Below are positions 39,777 through 53,417 of a DNA stretch of 64,000 nt, piece by piece (position 1 is the stretch's first letter; every line of letters begins with the position of its first letter). A program made the position numbers and the translations under genes. The DNA comes from Felis catus (lineage: Eukaryota), in contig NC_058368.1 of NCBI RefSeq assembly GCF_018350175.1, positions 105,154,001 through 105,218,000 on the forward strand, given 5' to 3'. A model generated the notes under the pieces. That model had not been told where the DNA came from. It ran no database searches and worked only from the letters and a program-made list of their open reading frames with translations.

Positions 39777-41828
39777 CCATAGAGTATCACCAGAAACACA
39801 GGTAACACAATGGCACTAAATTCATATCTTTCATTAATCGCTATGAATGTAAATGGACTAAATGCTCTAATAAAAAGATATAGGTTGTCAGAATGGATAA
39901 AAAAACAAGATGCATCTATATGCTGACTATAAGAGACTCATTTTAGACCTAAAGACACCTGCAGATTGAAGGTGAGGGGTTGGAACACCATCTATCATGC
40001 TAATGGACATTAAAAGAAAGCTGGAGTAGCCATACTTCTATCAGACAAACTAGCTTTTATTTATTTTTATTTTTTTAATGTTTTATTTATTTTTGAGAGA
40101 CAGAGAGACAGAGTGTGAGCAGGAGAGGATCAGAGAGAGAAGGAAACACAGAATCTGAAGTAGGCTGCAGGCTCTGAGTTTTTAGCACAGAGCCCAAAGC
40201 AGGGCTCAAACTAATGAACCACAAGATCATGATCTGTGCTGAAGTTGGGCACTTAACCGACTGAGCCACTTGGGTGCCCCAGACAAACTAGATTTTAAAA
40301 CAAGGACTGTAGGTAGAGACGAAGAAGGGCATTGTATCATAATTAAGAGGTATATCCATCAAGAAGATATAACAATTGTATATATTTATGCCCCCAACCT
40401 GAGACACCCAAATACATAAATTAATTACTACAAACATAAACAAACTCATTGATAATAATACAATAATAGTAGGGGACTTTTACGCCCCACTTACAGCAAC
40501 GGACAGGTCATCTAAGCAGAAAATCAACAAGAAAATAATGGCTTTGAATGACACAATGCCCATACACAAAAATAAATTCAAGATGGATGAAAGAACTAAA
40601 TGTGAGACAGGAAACCATCAAAATCCTAGAGAACAAAGGCAGCAACCTTTTGACCTCAGCCACAGCAACCTCTTACTAGACACATCACCAAAGGCAAGGG
40701 AAACAAAAACAAACATGAACTATTAGGACTTCATCAAGATAAAAAGCTTCTGCACAGGGAAGGAAACAATCAACACAACTAAAAGGCAGACTATAGAATG
40801 GGAGAAGATATTTGCAAATGACATATCTGACAAAGGGTTAGTATCCAAAATCTATAAAGAACTTATCAAACTCAACACCCAAAAGACAAAAACAAATAGC
40901 CCAGTGAATAAATGGGCAGAAGACATGAACACTTTTCCAAAGAAGACATCCAGACGGCTACCAGACACATGAAAAGATGCTCAACATCACTCATCATCAA
41001 GGGAATACAGATCAAGACCATGATGAGATACATCCTCACACCTGTCAGAATGGCTAAAATTAACAACACAAGAAACAACAGGTGTTGGCAAGGATGCAGA
41101 GAAACAGGAACCCTCTTGCACTGTTGGTGGAGATGCAAACTGATGCAGTAACTCTGTAAAACAGTATGGAGTCTCCTCAAAAAACTAAAAATGTAACTAC
41201 CCTGCGATCCAGCAATTGCACTATTAGGTATTTACTCAAAGGATACAGAATATAGATTTAAAGGGATACATGCACCCCAATGTTTATAGAAGCATTATCA
41301 ACAACAGCCAAACTATGGAGAGAGCCCAAATATCCATAAACAGTAAGTGTAGAAAGAAGATGTGTGCGTGTGTGTGTGTATGTGTGTGTGTGTGTGTGTG
41401 TGTGTATAAAGTATTACTTGGCAGTCAAAAAGAATGAAATCTTTCTATTTACAATGATGTGGATAGAGCTAGAATGTATTGTGCTAAGTGAACAAGTCAA
41501 TCAGAGAAAGGCAAATACCATACAATTTCAGTCATATGCGGAATTTAAGAAACAAAACAGATGAACATATGGGAAGGGTGGGGGAGGAAGAGAATAGAGG
41601 AAAACAAATCCCAAGAGACTTTTAATGATAGAGAACAAACTACAGGTTGACAGAAGGAGGTGGGTGGGAGATGGGATAAATGAGTGATGGGTACAAAGAA
41701 GGGCACCTGTTGTGATGAGCAGTGGGTATTGTATGTAAGTGATGAATCACTGAATTCTACTCCTGAAACCAATATTGCACTAGACGTTAGCCAAGTAAAA
41801 TTTAAATTAAAAAAAAAAGAAAAATAAA
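39777..41828 (+). mobile_element. Carnivore L1: ORF2 endonuclease region fused to the ORF2 C-terminus/3'UTR (RT region missing)
   Basis: ATG at 39810 reads MALNSYLSLIAMNVNGLNALIKR... (EN domain, with stops). The junction is near 40559. Then come the ORF2 C-terminus ([15 protein letters not shown]), the 3'UTR and an A tail. Near-TSD aaaatgtcccattc / aaaattgtcctatc. Confidence 0.9.
40060..40280 (-). mobile_element. Can-SINE inserted in L1 ORF2
   Basis: TSD agacaaactagctttta / agacaaactagatttta. Confidence 0.95.
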
Positions 41829-43600
41829 GAAAATTGTCCTATCAAGTTTATTATTACTTGGTGTCAGACTGCTATTGAGGACATTTATTATTATATCAGA
41901 GAGGATGCCTTCTGCTGTATGAATATTGGTATCTTCACTAAGCACTGGGCTTGCTTTTACTCCATGGATCTTGTTTCCATAATGGTTATTTTAACTACCA
42001 AGAAAGTCTAGGGTCAAGTTATTTGTGCCTCATCTCTAACAAGTATTTAGGTAGGATGTCAGGACATGAACAATGTGAACCAAACTTCTCACTTGCCCCG
42101 TCTTATTTTCTTGCCGTTAAATTCATTTAACTACATCTTTCAAATTTATTTTAGTGGCCTCTAATTTAATATATTTACCTTTTCAAGCTATTCTACGTTT
42201 TTTCTGATATGCATAATTACCAAGTTAAATCAACGGATCATAAAGGAAGTTATCAGACTGATTCCAGAGTTGGCTCCATTGACTACACCGATCCAATAAT
42301 ATAAGTATTTTACTTAAATCTCTCAATGACTGCTTATTAACAGTAACAGGGTATTGGCCATCATGTCAAGAAAGGACATTGACCAGATCCCTACCACTTT
42401 TCTTTTGATGGTTTAACCTCCTGACCTTGTCCCCTGCCTTCTACTGACAATTGACATTCAGCAAGGACATGCTTTGAGGATCCGGGATTCACTCAAGATT
42501 CTCCTAGGTTCTAGGTTCCATCCCTTCCCAAGGTGGACCCTTCCCTGTGCTTCATCCACTGCATGCCTTTCAAAACCTGACGTGCGTCTCCCTCAAGTGA
42601 CATGCTTCTCTTGACTCCTCAGGCAGAAACTGTCTTTTCTTCCAGTGCATATTCTACCCATCTTTTCTTTACTCTTTATTCCACTGTAATAGTTGAGTCC
42701 CCAAGTTCCGAGACTTGGCTTTAGTCTCACATAGTTCTTGATACAAAGTAAGTGTTCAGTAAATGCCTTGTTAAACAAATGACCAAGTAAATAAAAGAAT
42801 CTATCTATGTGTATATGATAGTTGCTTCTCTATGTGCATTTTAGAAAACAAATGAAACAACAGCAAATTAAGTATGCTCCTCTAGTTGGCAGCAAATCAT
42901 CTAGAAAAGATTCTAAGAAATTATTTATTAATATTACCCTATTTTCAAAAGCAAAGAAACAAAAACAAAAAAATGTATCTCAAATGGATATGAATATTAA
43001 ACTTTATGTTCTCCTGATATAGTTTTATACTGTTATTAAACATTAACGATAATGTTTAATTTAACTATACTTATTTATTTATACTCTATTTAACTTCACA
43101 AAGAATTTGAGGTGGCCTATAATAAATGTATGTATGAAACAGATGAATTTTAAGTACACAACTAACTATAAATGAGAACAAACATATTGAAATAAAATAG
43201 CAATGAAAGGAGAAAAAGTAGAACCTGCAAGTTTAAGTCATAACTTTCCATAGAGTATACTTGAAAGAAATATAACTATGATGCTCTTAATGCTAAAGGC
43301 AAAATGGAGAAAATAACAGATGAGTAGTTCTTATTGTATTGGTGGAGGACATATTACTAATTATTTTCTAGTGAGCTAATTCTGAAAAGAGACTTTATGT
43401 TGGATTTCATATAGGGAATACTGAGAGAGATAGTTATGAGGCAAAAAATATCAGTAATCTCAAATCAACAAATGCAGTTATAAATTTTATGTGACTGTTT
43501 CTAGGACTCCCATCAAAAGAAGCCAAGGATATAACATGTAAATGGTTCAAGTAGGCTCTCCTCATTGTAGTTATAGTCTAGTTGGTATTGTGTGTTTTCT

Positions 43601-43830
43601 TTTTTTTTTTTTTTTAATTTTTTTTTCAACGTTTATTTATTTTTGGGACAGAGAGAGACAGAGCATGAACGGGGGAGGGGCAGAGAGAGAGGGAGACACA
43701 GAATCGGAAACAGGCTCCAGGCTCTGAGCCATCAGCCCAGAGCCTGACACGGGGCTCGAACTCACGGACCGCGAGATCGTGACCTGGCTGAAGTCGGACG
43801 CTTAACCGACTGCGCCACCCAGGCGCCCCC
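43601..43830 (-). mobile_element. Young Can-SINE
   Basis: CpG-rich body, long pure T tract and a perfect 17-bp TSD ggtattgtgtgttttct. Confidence 0.97.
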
Positions 43831-44269
43831 GGTATTGTGTGTTTTCTAAATCCCCAGCTATTTCTGATAATCCAGCAGTAACATACAACTACATTCAAAG
43901 GCCAGATAAGTAATGCAAAAGAGGGAGTATGGCCAGAACAAGTCATGTGGGTCTGCAGGGTGCATATCATACATAAGAAGGAGAATAAAGCTCAACTTAC
44001 CAAGTTTTTCAGAAGATGAAAGTCTAGATTTTTGTGGGAAATTTTTCCACTTATAAATGTTGGCAACTAATTAAAATAGACTACTTTGTGTGGCAAATGA
44101 AACAGATTTATAAGTATCCTAAGTATGAACCTTACCTTGGATTTTGACTTTAAACAACTCTTTTCTTACATCTTTTCTATAATTTGAAAGATGTTCCCTA
44201 CAGAGGACGTGGTTGTGTGGTGACTGTAGGTGGGAAGGAGTTAGTTTGTTTTTGTAGTTGTTGTTTTAA

Positions 44270-45211
44270 CTACTCAAATTTTATTACAACAATGCTACCT
44301 GTTGTCACAAATAGACCCCAGAATTTCAGTGGCTTAGCACAAGAGAAATTTCTTGCCTATTCAAGTTACATTCTATTGTGAGTACTCTTTTTGGTATGTA
44401 GGCTCTGCTCATTCATTGTTCTTCAGGGTCACTTGTTGAAAGACTGATGAAGCCCCTGACATCTTCCACATGTAGATTCCGATTCCGATTTGGGATCGTC
44501 TCTATTCTAGTGGGCCAGAAGGGAGGAGATCATGCAGGTGTGTGCTTCAGAAGCTTATAATGGTCTACAGAGTAATCCCACCCCCACCCCGCCCCTATCT
44601 TGTGGAGGATATGTTTAAAGACCACCCCCCTCCCCGCCGTAGATGCCTGAAATCACAGATAGTAATGAACTCTATATATACCACGTTTTTTTCTAATACG
44701 TACATACCTATGGTAAAGTTTAATTTATAAATTAGGCATAGCAAGAGATAAACAACAATAACTAATAGTAAGAACAAGAGCAATAATATAATAAAAGTTA
44801 TGTAAATATGGTTTCTCTTTCCCCCTCTCTCTCTCAAAATGCCTTATGGTACTGTACTCCCTCTTCTTGTAATGATGTGAGCTCATAAAATGCCTCCATG
44901 ATGAGATGAAGTGAAGTAAATGGACATGGGCATTGTGATGTAACGTCAGGTTACTCCTGACCTTCTGACAATATGTCACAAGGAGGATCAGCTGCTTTGA
45001 GACCATGGGTGGCCACAGGTGACCGAAACCATGGAAAACAAAACCACAGATACGGGGGAACTACAAAACTGCAAGTGGTGTACCTCACTTCTGCTCACGT
45101 TCATTGGCTAATGCTTAGTTGTGAGGCCACAGTAATGGCAGGGAATGCCAGGAAAGGTAGTCTGGCTCTACACCCAGGAAGAAGTGGGAAGTATGGATCA
45201 GATTCTGCCAC
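44270..45211 (-). mobile_element. MLT1-type LTR split by a MER44 insertion
   Basis: Left of the insert: acaaatagaccccagaatttcagtggcttagcacaag. Right of it: cacttctgctcacgttcattggc...tctgccaca. Confidence 0.7.
44568..45064. mobile_element. MER44B-like (Tigger7-derived) DNA transposon
   Basis: Internal tacatacctatggtaaagtttaatttataaattaggca and terminus ccacagatacgggggaacta, with TA at the left flank. Confidence 0.8.
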
Positions 45212-45428
45212 ACCAGTGTTTAAGTCATTTGTCTTCACCTGGATCTGTAAGTATTTACAATTGGACCCCAGAGGAATCAGAAATTGGTTCATTATTATTA
45301 CTACCACTACTATCACCAAACCGGGTAAAAGTTGAGATTAAAGTTTAGGCATTAAATAGCAGACAATCAAAAGGTCTGAAAAGAATGTACAATTTGCCTC
45401 CATGTCTAATTTCACGATGTTCAATGTA

Positions 45429-45432
<4 letters not shown>

Positions 45433-45466
<34 letters not shown>
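45433..45466. repeat. (AT)n microsatellite
   Basis: Direct reading. Confidence 0.97.
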
Positions 45467-45474
<8 letters not shown>

Positions 45475-46644
45475 GTTTAAATAAAATCAAGTCTGATTCA
45501 GGCCCCTACTGTGATTGTGAGCCAGAAATTTGGTCTCTGTTATTGTTAGGAAGAATGGTCTTCTTTCCTCCCTGAGGTTTGCACAGGTACCCCAAGGATT
45601 TTACTATCCAAAGTGGAGAGGGGACAGACACTATATTCTAGTTCATTGTGGCTGCTATATTTTTCTGTTCTGAATGCCTATGGACCCATTCAAAGACTTA
45701 TGGTTCTTGTCGTTCAGTGCTAAGTTTTAACAGAAGATTTGTGGGAACTCTTGTACTATATATAGCACTCAGGGCCAAGTCTCCCTTGGCACACCTGCCT
45801 ATTTGAGGTCATATTACCCAAAGGACCTAGGTAGAAGTGGAGTACTCTCCCTGCCATCTGAAGAACACCCAATACCTCACCCTCTTTGTTTTGGATGAAT
45901 CAACTTCCTGCTCTCAGGTTTGTTTATTTTCTTTTCCATTTCAAAGCACCAGATTCTACTCCTTTTCTACTTGAGTTATTTTTAGGTTCTTTTATTAATG
46001 AGACCAGGTTTCTCAACCAAAAGCTTTCCAGATGCTCAAAACTTCATCAATGAATGTTAACTTCCTCTCTTTCTATAGTGATCAAGGGTATTGTCGGTGT
46101 TGGCATAGTGGTGACTTCTCTTTATGAGAATGAATGAGTTTTCAGTTTGGATTTATTGAAATTTATAGACTACCTAAAGAGTTCTAGGGAAATGTATATT
46201 TGGATAGTTAAGTAGAAAAGTCATGAATTGTGTAGTTTATTTTGTTGCTAAATGTGAAGAAGTATGATGATTACTGATTAAAATAAAATCTGAACTGTTA
46301 ACTGTAGCTGTTAGCATTGAAATTGATTTTGACTGTTCATTCATATCTCAGATAGTTTCTAATCCCCAGAGATTAGTCTTTCAATATTCCTAGGTATACT
46401 AGGCATTAACATCCAAAAGAGAAAATGTGAGCTCTCACACCAATCATGAGGTGTGATAGAGTCACCAGCAGGGTCTAAGGAGAGAGAGAGAGAGGATAAG
46501 CACTCATGCTTCTCTCCTCAACTTCTCCTTTACATGACCCACACACTCCTCCTCCCTCCAATAAATTGGGTATGTTGGCTAAATATTCAAGAAATGCTTA
46601 AGCATCACCTGTTTCTGTAAGGACTTTTTCCCACTGCACACTCA

Positions 46645-46870
46645 GAACAGACTACCTGGGATTAGGACACCACGCTATTAGCTTTCTAGTCATGTTACCT
46701 TGGGTAAGTTGCTTGATCTCCATGAGTCTCAACTCCTACCACTTCAAAAGGGTTCTAATAAATGAACCTAGCTCATGAAATTGTCATCAGGATTAACAGA
46801 GTTAGTGTCATATTTAGAAAATTCTTAGATCAGTAACTGCCATGCTGTAAATTTTATATAAGTGCTTGCT
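46645..46870 (+). mobile_element. MIR
   Basis: gttaccttgggtaagttgcttgatctccatgagtctca..ttgtcatcaggattaa. Confidence 0.65.
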
Positions 46871-47315
46871 AACTAACAAAACACAACAAAAACAACACCA
46901 GCATCAAAAAATGAAAACAAAAAACAAAACCCAGCGACATTCTTCTGGCTTCTTCAGTGCTAAATTTTAATGGCATTCTTGGTGGGAAAATTCAGCATCC
47001 TGTTTATCTATAAAATGGAATAATCACAGAACCCAACTTAATAGGGTTATTGAGAGGACAAAGTAAGTTGATAAAAGAAAAGGACTTAGAATTGTGCCTA
47101 TGGCATAGCCCACCCTCATTAAGGTTGACGTTAATTACTGCACCTGCTCTTGTTGATTATCCTATCATTACTTGCAATATATGCTTTTGACATTTATCTA
47201 ACAGTACCAGAATCCATTTTGTTGAGTTTAACTCTTAAGTACTCCCTGGTATTCACAATAAATACATGTCTCTGTTGACCCAAAGAAGTATTAATGCATA
47301 TAAGAACTTTTTCTT

Positions 47316-47478
47316 GGGGTGCTGGGGTGGCTCATTCAGTTGGCTGAGTGGCCGACTCTTGATTTGGGCTCAGGTCATGATCCCAGGGTCATGGGATGGA
47401 GCCCTGTGTCAGACTCTGTGCTGAGCATGGAGCCTGCTTAAGATGCTCTCTCCCCTGTGCCCCACCTCCGCACACACA

Positions 47479-47519
<41 letters not shown>

Positions 47520-47535
47520 ATGTCCATGAAAAAAA
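47316..47535 (+). mobile_element. Can-SINE with (CA)n(TG)n linker
   Basis: SINEC body. Near-TSD aagaactttttctt / aataacttattctt. Confidence 0.92.
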
Positions 47536-50500
47536 TAACTTATTCTTACAAGGACTTGTGAGAACTTATTCTTTGTGCATGAGGAGGGCATGTAGGAGAC
47601 CCTCTTCATGTGCCTAGAGAAGCCCAGAGGAACTAATACAGGCATTTCTGTTCACCATTGCTTGAGCAAGAACACAGTGATTGTGTTAGGCAGATGTCAA
47701 CACCACCGGGAATGGAAAACTACTGCTGAGAAATTTTGCAACTGAAAAGATCATCTATGAAGCTTAGAGGCGATTCTGACCACACTCTTGTCCCTCCACC
47801 TTTGACTTTCTAACTGTTACTTTCTCAGCCCCCAAGGAAATGCCATCCTACCTGATTCTGTCCAATTTTTGCTTGACCCCTTAAGGAAAAAATCCCAACT
47901 GGGAGTTTTGAGTATGCATATTCCTCCTGTGTAGTGCTAAATGAAATGCAACTGCTTTAGCCAAAGTTTCTTTGACATTCATTTTTGGATGCACATTTCT
48001 GGAAACATTAACGTAAATCTAGTGGGAAAACCAGTGGAGGGGAGAGGAGAGTCAGTGAACACACACCTGTTTGATGTTATATTCTTTACTTTCCTGATTT
48101 CACCAGTTGGCCTTGTTTTAGTCTGTCCTTATTCTGTTTAGCCTTCCCTTTCTCAGAAACTGCCAAGAATTCCGCTAGAACAGAAGCACCCACAATTGAG
48201 TTGAATGAGAAACCTCAGAATTATTAAGAATTTACTTTTTAAACATAAATTTTAATATAGTTCCCGAGAAATTACTGATGATGTCAATAGCCTATTTTGA
48301 AAAATAAAGGGAAGTTGTTTCTAATTTTAAATGGTAATTAAAGTAACTGCTTATGTGCAGATGTTTATCATTCGTAATGTTTCAAATATAAATAATTTTA
48401 TCTTTTGCCCAATCTCTTCCCTTTGTTTTAAATGTCATCAATTGAGAGCTGACATAAACCCCACTGGGAGATTGCAGGGAGGAAAAAATGTCCAGGAGAG
48501 TTCTCTTTAGCCTTTATAAATGAAAAGGTATTGTCATAGCCTTGGAACCTGTAACAACAATTAGCAACCATATAAATAAATGATTTACACAGACTCATCT
48601 AAATGGATGTGATTTCTCCAAGAAGGATAACAGGCCACAGAGTTGCTAAATGGTTTAGGTATGAGTCATTTCAAACATGAAACCTAAAATAATAACTCCA
48701 CACCTTTTAAACTTCTTTCATTAAAAATGTATGGCTATATTGTGTTACAGGATCTAAGGAGGACTTGAGCTTCTCATAGAAAGGATACAAGTAAGTCACA
48801 AGACTTCAAGAAGAGGTTAGGGGATATAAAACCATAAGAAATAGTTATTAATTGTTCATTCTTCAACTATTTTTGCTAATCGTACAAGCCAGTCTCATAT
48901 GCTTCAGGCTTCATGGGTGCAGGGAGCCCTGGGTGCAAATTGTTATGGTTTGTCCTCATGGAAGAACTGGTTAAGAGGAAGGATTCAGAGAAGCAGGAGG
49001 AGGGGGCTTGGCGATCAAACAGGGAGGCTCTTGCTGGCCTTGGGGAAAATGCATCATACACCAGGGTAGAAGTGGGGGCCAGAACAATGCATACAGTCAG
49101 ACTGGAAGCTCTGAGGAGGGAATAGGTGGAAATGAGAATGGGAGGCATTATTCTGTTTTGCAGAATTGCTAATGAGAATACAACTAGATGTTTACATTAA
49201 GTGTTAAAAACAAGTTATGTCCAGCTTGAGCTCATGGGAATGTTTCCCCCTCAACAGTATTCCATGCCTGAAACACACTCATCCCCAGAGATAGAGCTCA
49301 TGCAGTAACCAAAGTAATTAAAGAGCTGGATCACAGTAACCCTTAAAGGGCCACTATGTTCAGCCAGTCACTGCTGTAGATAAAAGTTACCCTGGATGGA
49401 AACCTAGGATTGAAGTGGATTTTAGCCTGACCAACTAGCATGTTAAATGCTCAGAGATGTATGATTTGGACAAGGTCAAAGTTTAGTTGATGAGGGACTC
49501 AGAGGATGCTTCCATGACCTCTCCAAAAGTGTGCTCCCTAGGGCATTAATTTGCCATTTGGCCATAGATCTTAGGATAAGTAAGAACTTAGTCTTCAAAA
49601 TGACTTCCTAGCAAATTGATCTTTTGCTGGTCGGTTTCAAGTCTGACCCCTTTGGAAATTCATGCCAATGAGATCACATGCTACTTGGCTCCCACTGCTC
49701 TCCCATTTATGTCTTATGTATCTGTGTGGCCTCAAACAGTATTAAGGATAAACAACCATATTCAAAATCTTCTTTAAGTATGGCAAATTCATTTTATTAA
49801 GATGCTTTCATTTTGATTACTCTTCACGGATGGGTTTTTATTTGTTTTATTTTTATGTCTGAGACCATGATCTGAGAAACTTTTAGCCTAAAAACATAAT
49901 TTCCTACAGCCTTATGAATAAATATTATGACAACAGGGTCTCTCTTCTCGCAATGCCCACATGTCACCCTAAAAATGCATGGTAGTAAGACTTCAGGCAA
50001 GTGTTTCTCACTCTGAAATGGTATGTTCACAGGTGTATTCTTAGGCTTATATGGTATATGCATATGCCATGTGCCTTGGAAGCTATTGTATCATCATCTT
50101 CAATATATTTTAGGAAGAGCTGATTGATATTTTTGACATTTTCTGTGGACTGTCACACATGCCAAAGCAAAATAAACCTAAGGTAGATAAAGGGAAAATA
50201 CCAGAACATCAACTGAAATACTACCTTCCTCCTCCTGGATTTCATTTCTGAATGCTCTAAGAGACTCCAAAGGTGGTACATAAGGCTAGATCAGTGCAGT
50301 AGTCCATTTGAGGATGGAGGGGGGGGTGGAGAGATAATGAGGTTTAACATAATTTCCATATACTGACAGGTTGCTGCATGGAATTTATCTTTAGCATCAC
50401 AAAAACTATGTCCTTATAGGCCTTCTACATTGCCCACTGGAATCTGGGGAGTGTCTTCATATAGAAAAGTATAAGAAGGAATTTGTCAAATTCAATGGTT

Positions 50501-51039
50501 CAGCATATTCTTATCAGACGTTATTAACTACAAAACATGTCCATACAAAGTTCAAAAATTACAGATTTATATTTTTTCTCAAAACTTTCCATCCATCATT
50601 GATGCTCAGATATAGCAATTAGACAATGCATTTTAAGGCCATTGTGGTACATTCCATATGTGTTTGAGAAAGGTAGTGGGTCGAGGAGGGTGATTAAGAG
50701 ATAAGACTACCTGAACTTATAAGCCTGATGGACTTGGCAAAGAAATTATGATTCAGAGTTAGTGGTCAGCTGAGAGTATCTCAGAAATCAATATACTGTT
50801 GTGTGGATTAATACTTTACTAGTGTCAAACATCACAATCACAATCATTCAGATTGCACCTTTGAAATTTTTTACATTCTGAGAGATAAAGAGTATTTGTC
50901 AACTTAAGCCATGCAAACAAGGGCTTTTCTGCAAAAGAGGTCTGTCATGGCCCTAAAGCTAATCAGTGAATTAGGGGGCAATCTTCTCCTCACAGTTCAA
51001 CACCAACAGGGTTTCGAAGGTAGAGTCCTGCGATAGCAA

Positions 51040-51985
51040 TCCTACTCTCATTTAACAGAAACACATTCTAATGAATTTAAGCAAAAAAAGAATTAACTGA
51101 AGATCAGGAGTAACTCCCAAGACTCTCCGGAAGGTTCTCTCCAGAGGACCAGGCTTGGAAACTAAAGTTGGGGATGATGCTCTAATCATACCACAGAACT
51201 GTCCCAGTGGAAGTGTCCACCACTGCATCACCCCACCTAGTAACTCTGAGGCCAGCCCTGGAAGCTTCCAGTAGAACCTCCTTCTGTACAGGATATTTCT
51301 GCTGTGAGTGGAGGGCATCTTAAACATGAATTGTGGCATGGATGCTTCTAACTGGTGAAGAGGAGGTCTCAAGTCTGACCTGAGGGTGCAAGGAAAGTGG
51401 CAAGAGAATTTTAGATTTCCAGCTTGAGGTGAGGACCCATAAAGTTGGGAAACTTCTACCCTAAGGAAATTGTTCAAAATGCCTGGAAGGCAAAAAGAAT
51501 AGCACAACACCTGCCAAACCCAGAATCTGGGTCCTTCGGCGGGCTTAACTAGGTCAGCTGTAGGTTCTGAGACACAAAGAAATTGAGGGAGATTCAACCA
51601 TAGCCTGGGAAAAGTGATTGAGTTACTCCTTGCTATTTGTTTCTTTAAATCTTGTCCTTTGCGGGGCGCCTGGGTGGCTCAGTCGGTTAAGCGTCCGACT
51701 TCAGCCAGGTCACGATCTCGCAGTCCGTGAGTTCGGGCCCCGCGTTGGGCTCTGTGCTGACAGCTCAGAGCCTGGAGCCTGTTTCAGATTCTGTGTCTCC
51801 CTCTCTCTGACCCTCCCCCGTTCATGCTCTGTCTCTCTCTGTCTCAAAAATAAATAAACGTTAAAAAAAAAATTAAAAAAAAAATCTTGTCCTTTGCTAT
51901 GCCTGAATTTAATCTGTTAAAGAAAGGCAACAGTGTGATATTATCAGTTATTTATACTAATTTAGTAGTTACCAGTTTGGTAACA
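51040..51985 (-). mobile_element. Old ERVL-type LTR-like sequence (family uncertain), interrupted by a SINE
   Basis: aacagaaacacattctaatgaatttaagcaaaaaaag resembles the antisense 3' end of an ERVL/MaLR LTR. Confidence 0.4.
51663..51881 (+). mobile_element. Young Can-SINE
   Basis: CpG-rich body and a perfect 16-bp TSD aaatcttgtcctttgc. Confidence 0.97.
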
Positions 51986-53078
51986 GCCCTAAAAAAGAGC
52001 CCTAAAAAGAGATGAGGTACTGATTCATGCTACAAGAAGGATGAACTTTGAAAACACTATGCTCAATGACAAATGAGCCAAGAATATACACTGCAGGAAA
52101 AGACAGTTTCTTCAAAAAATGGTGCTGGGAAAGATGGACAACTACATGTAAAAGAATGAAACTGGACCACTTTCTAACACCATACCTACACAAAAAAACT
52201 CAAAATGGATTCAAGACCTAAATTCCTGAGAGACCTGGAATTCGTAAAAATCCTAGAAGAGGACACAGGCAGTAATTCCTCCGACATTGGCCACAGCAAC
52301 ATTTTTGTAGATATGTCTCCTAAGGCAAGGAAACAAAAGCAAAGGCTACATCAAAATAAAATTTTTTTGTACAGCAAAGGAAACCATCAATGAAACAAAA
52401 TGGCAACCTACTGAATGAAGGTTTGCAAAATCATTTGCAAATAATATATCCTGTAAGGGGTTAATATCTAAAATACATAAAGAATGTATACAACTCAACA
52501 GTGAAAAAATAAACAACTAGATGATTAAAAAACGAGCATGGGTCATGAGGCCAGGAATCACCTCCAGGTCTGCTGTCTGTCCATGTGGCTCGCCTGCCCT
52601 CCCAGCATCCCTCACCACTGCAGTCTTAGAACGTGCAGGTGGAGACTATCTCCCCCAGAGATGGGCTACTGTCCCAAAGCATGGCCAGACCTGTGTGGTG
52701 CACGACACAGGGATTCTTGAAGATAGAAAGAAATTTGATCCATTCCAGAACAGAAAGAAGCTCTTTAAGTTTATGCTAGGGAAGCAGGAGATGATCTGAG
52801 GCTAGAAAGAAGGCGTTGCCCCCATAAGTATGGGTCAGAAAGCCAAAATATCTCCCCAGACTATGACTACAGTGCTCCTAGGCACCCAGGCATCACCCCA
52901 CCAAATGCCACTCTTGTTTTTGTCCTTGACATGGAGCTTCTGAAATTGGAATGACAGGAATGGCATCTTCCCTGAGCACCCCATTCTTGGATGTGCCATG
53001 GAGGGATGTGGTGTCTCCAGAGGTGCACACATGAATCTGCCAGTCGTGTGGAGCTTTTCCTGATTGTTCCACTACATT

Positions 53079-53417
<339 letters not shown>

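Noticed and set aside
51052..51597. Longest ORF in the window (181 aa, minus)
   Set aside because: Non-ATG start, no recognisable domain, and it lies in LTR-like sequence.
52521..52799. 92-aa ORF starting in L1 and ending in FKBP12-like sequence
   Set aside because: A chance chimera: an L1 ATG reads through the decayed 5'UTR, enters the FKBP frame only after a frameshift and stops at the R57 codon. It cannot form the FKBP fold.
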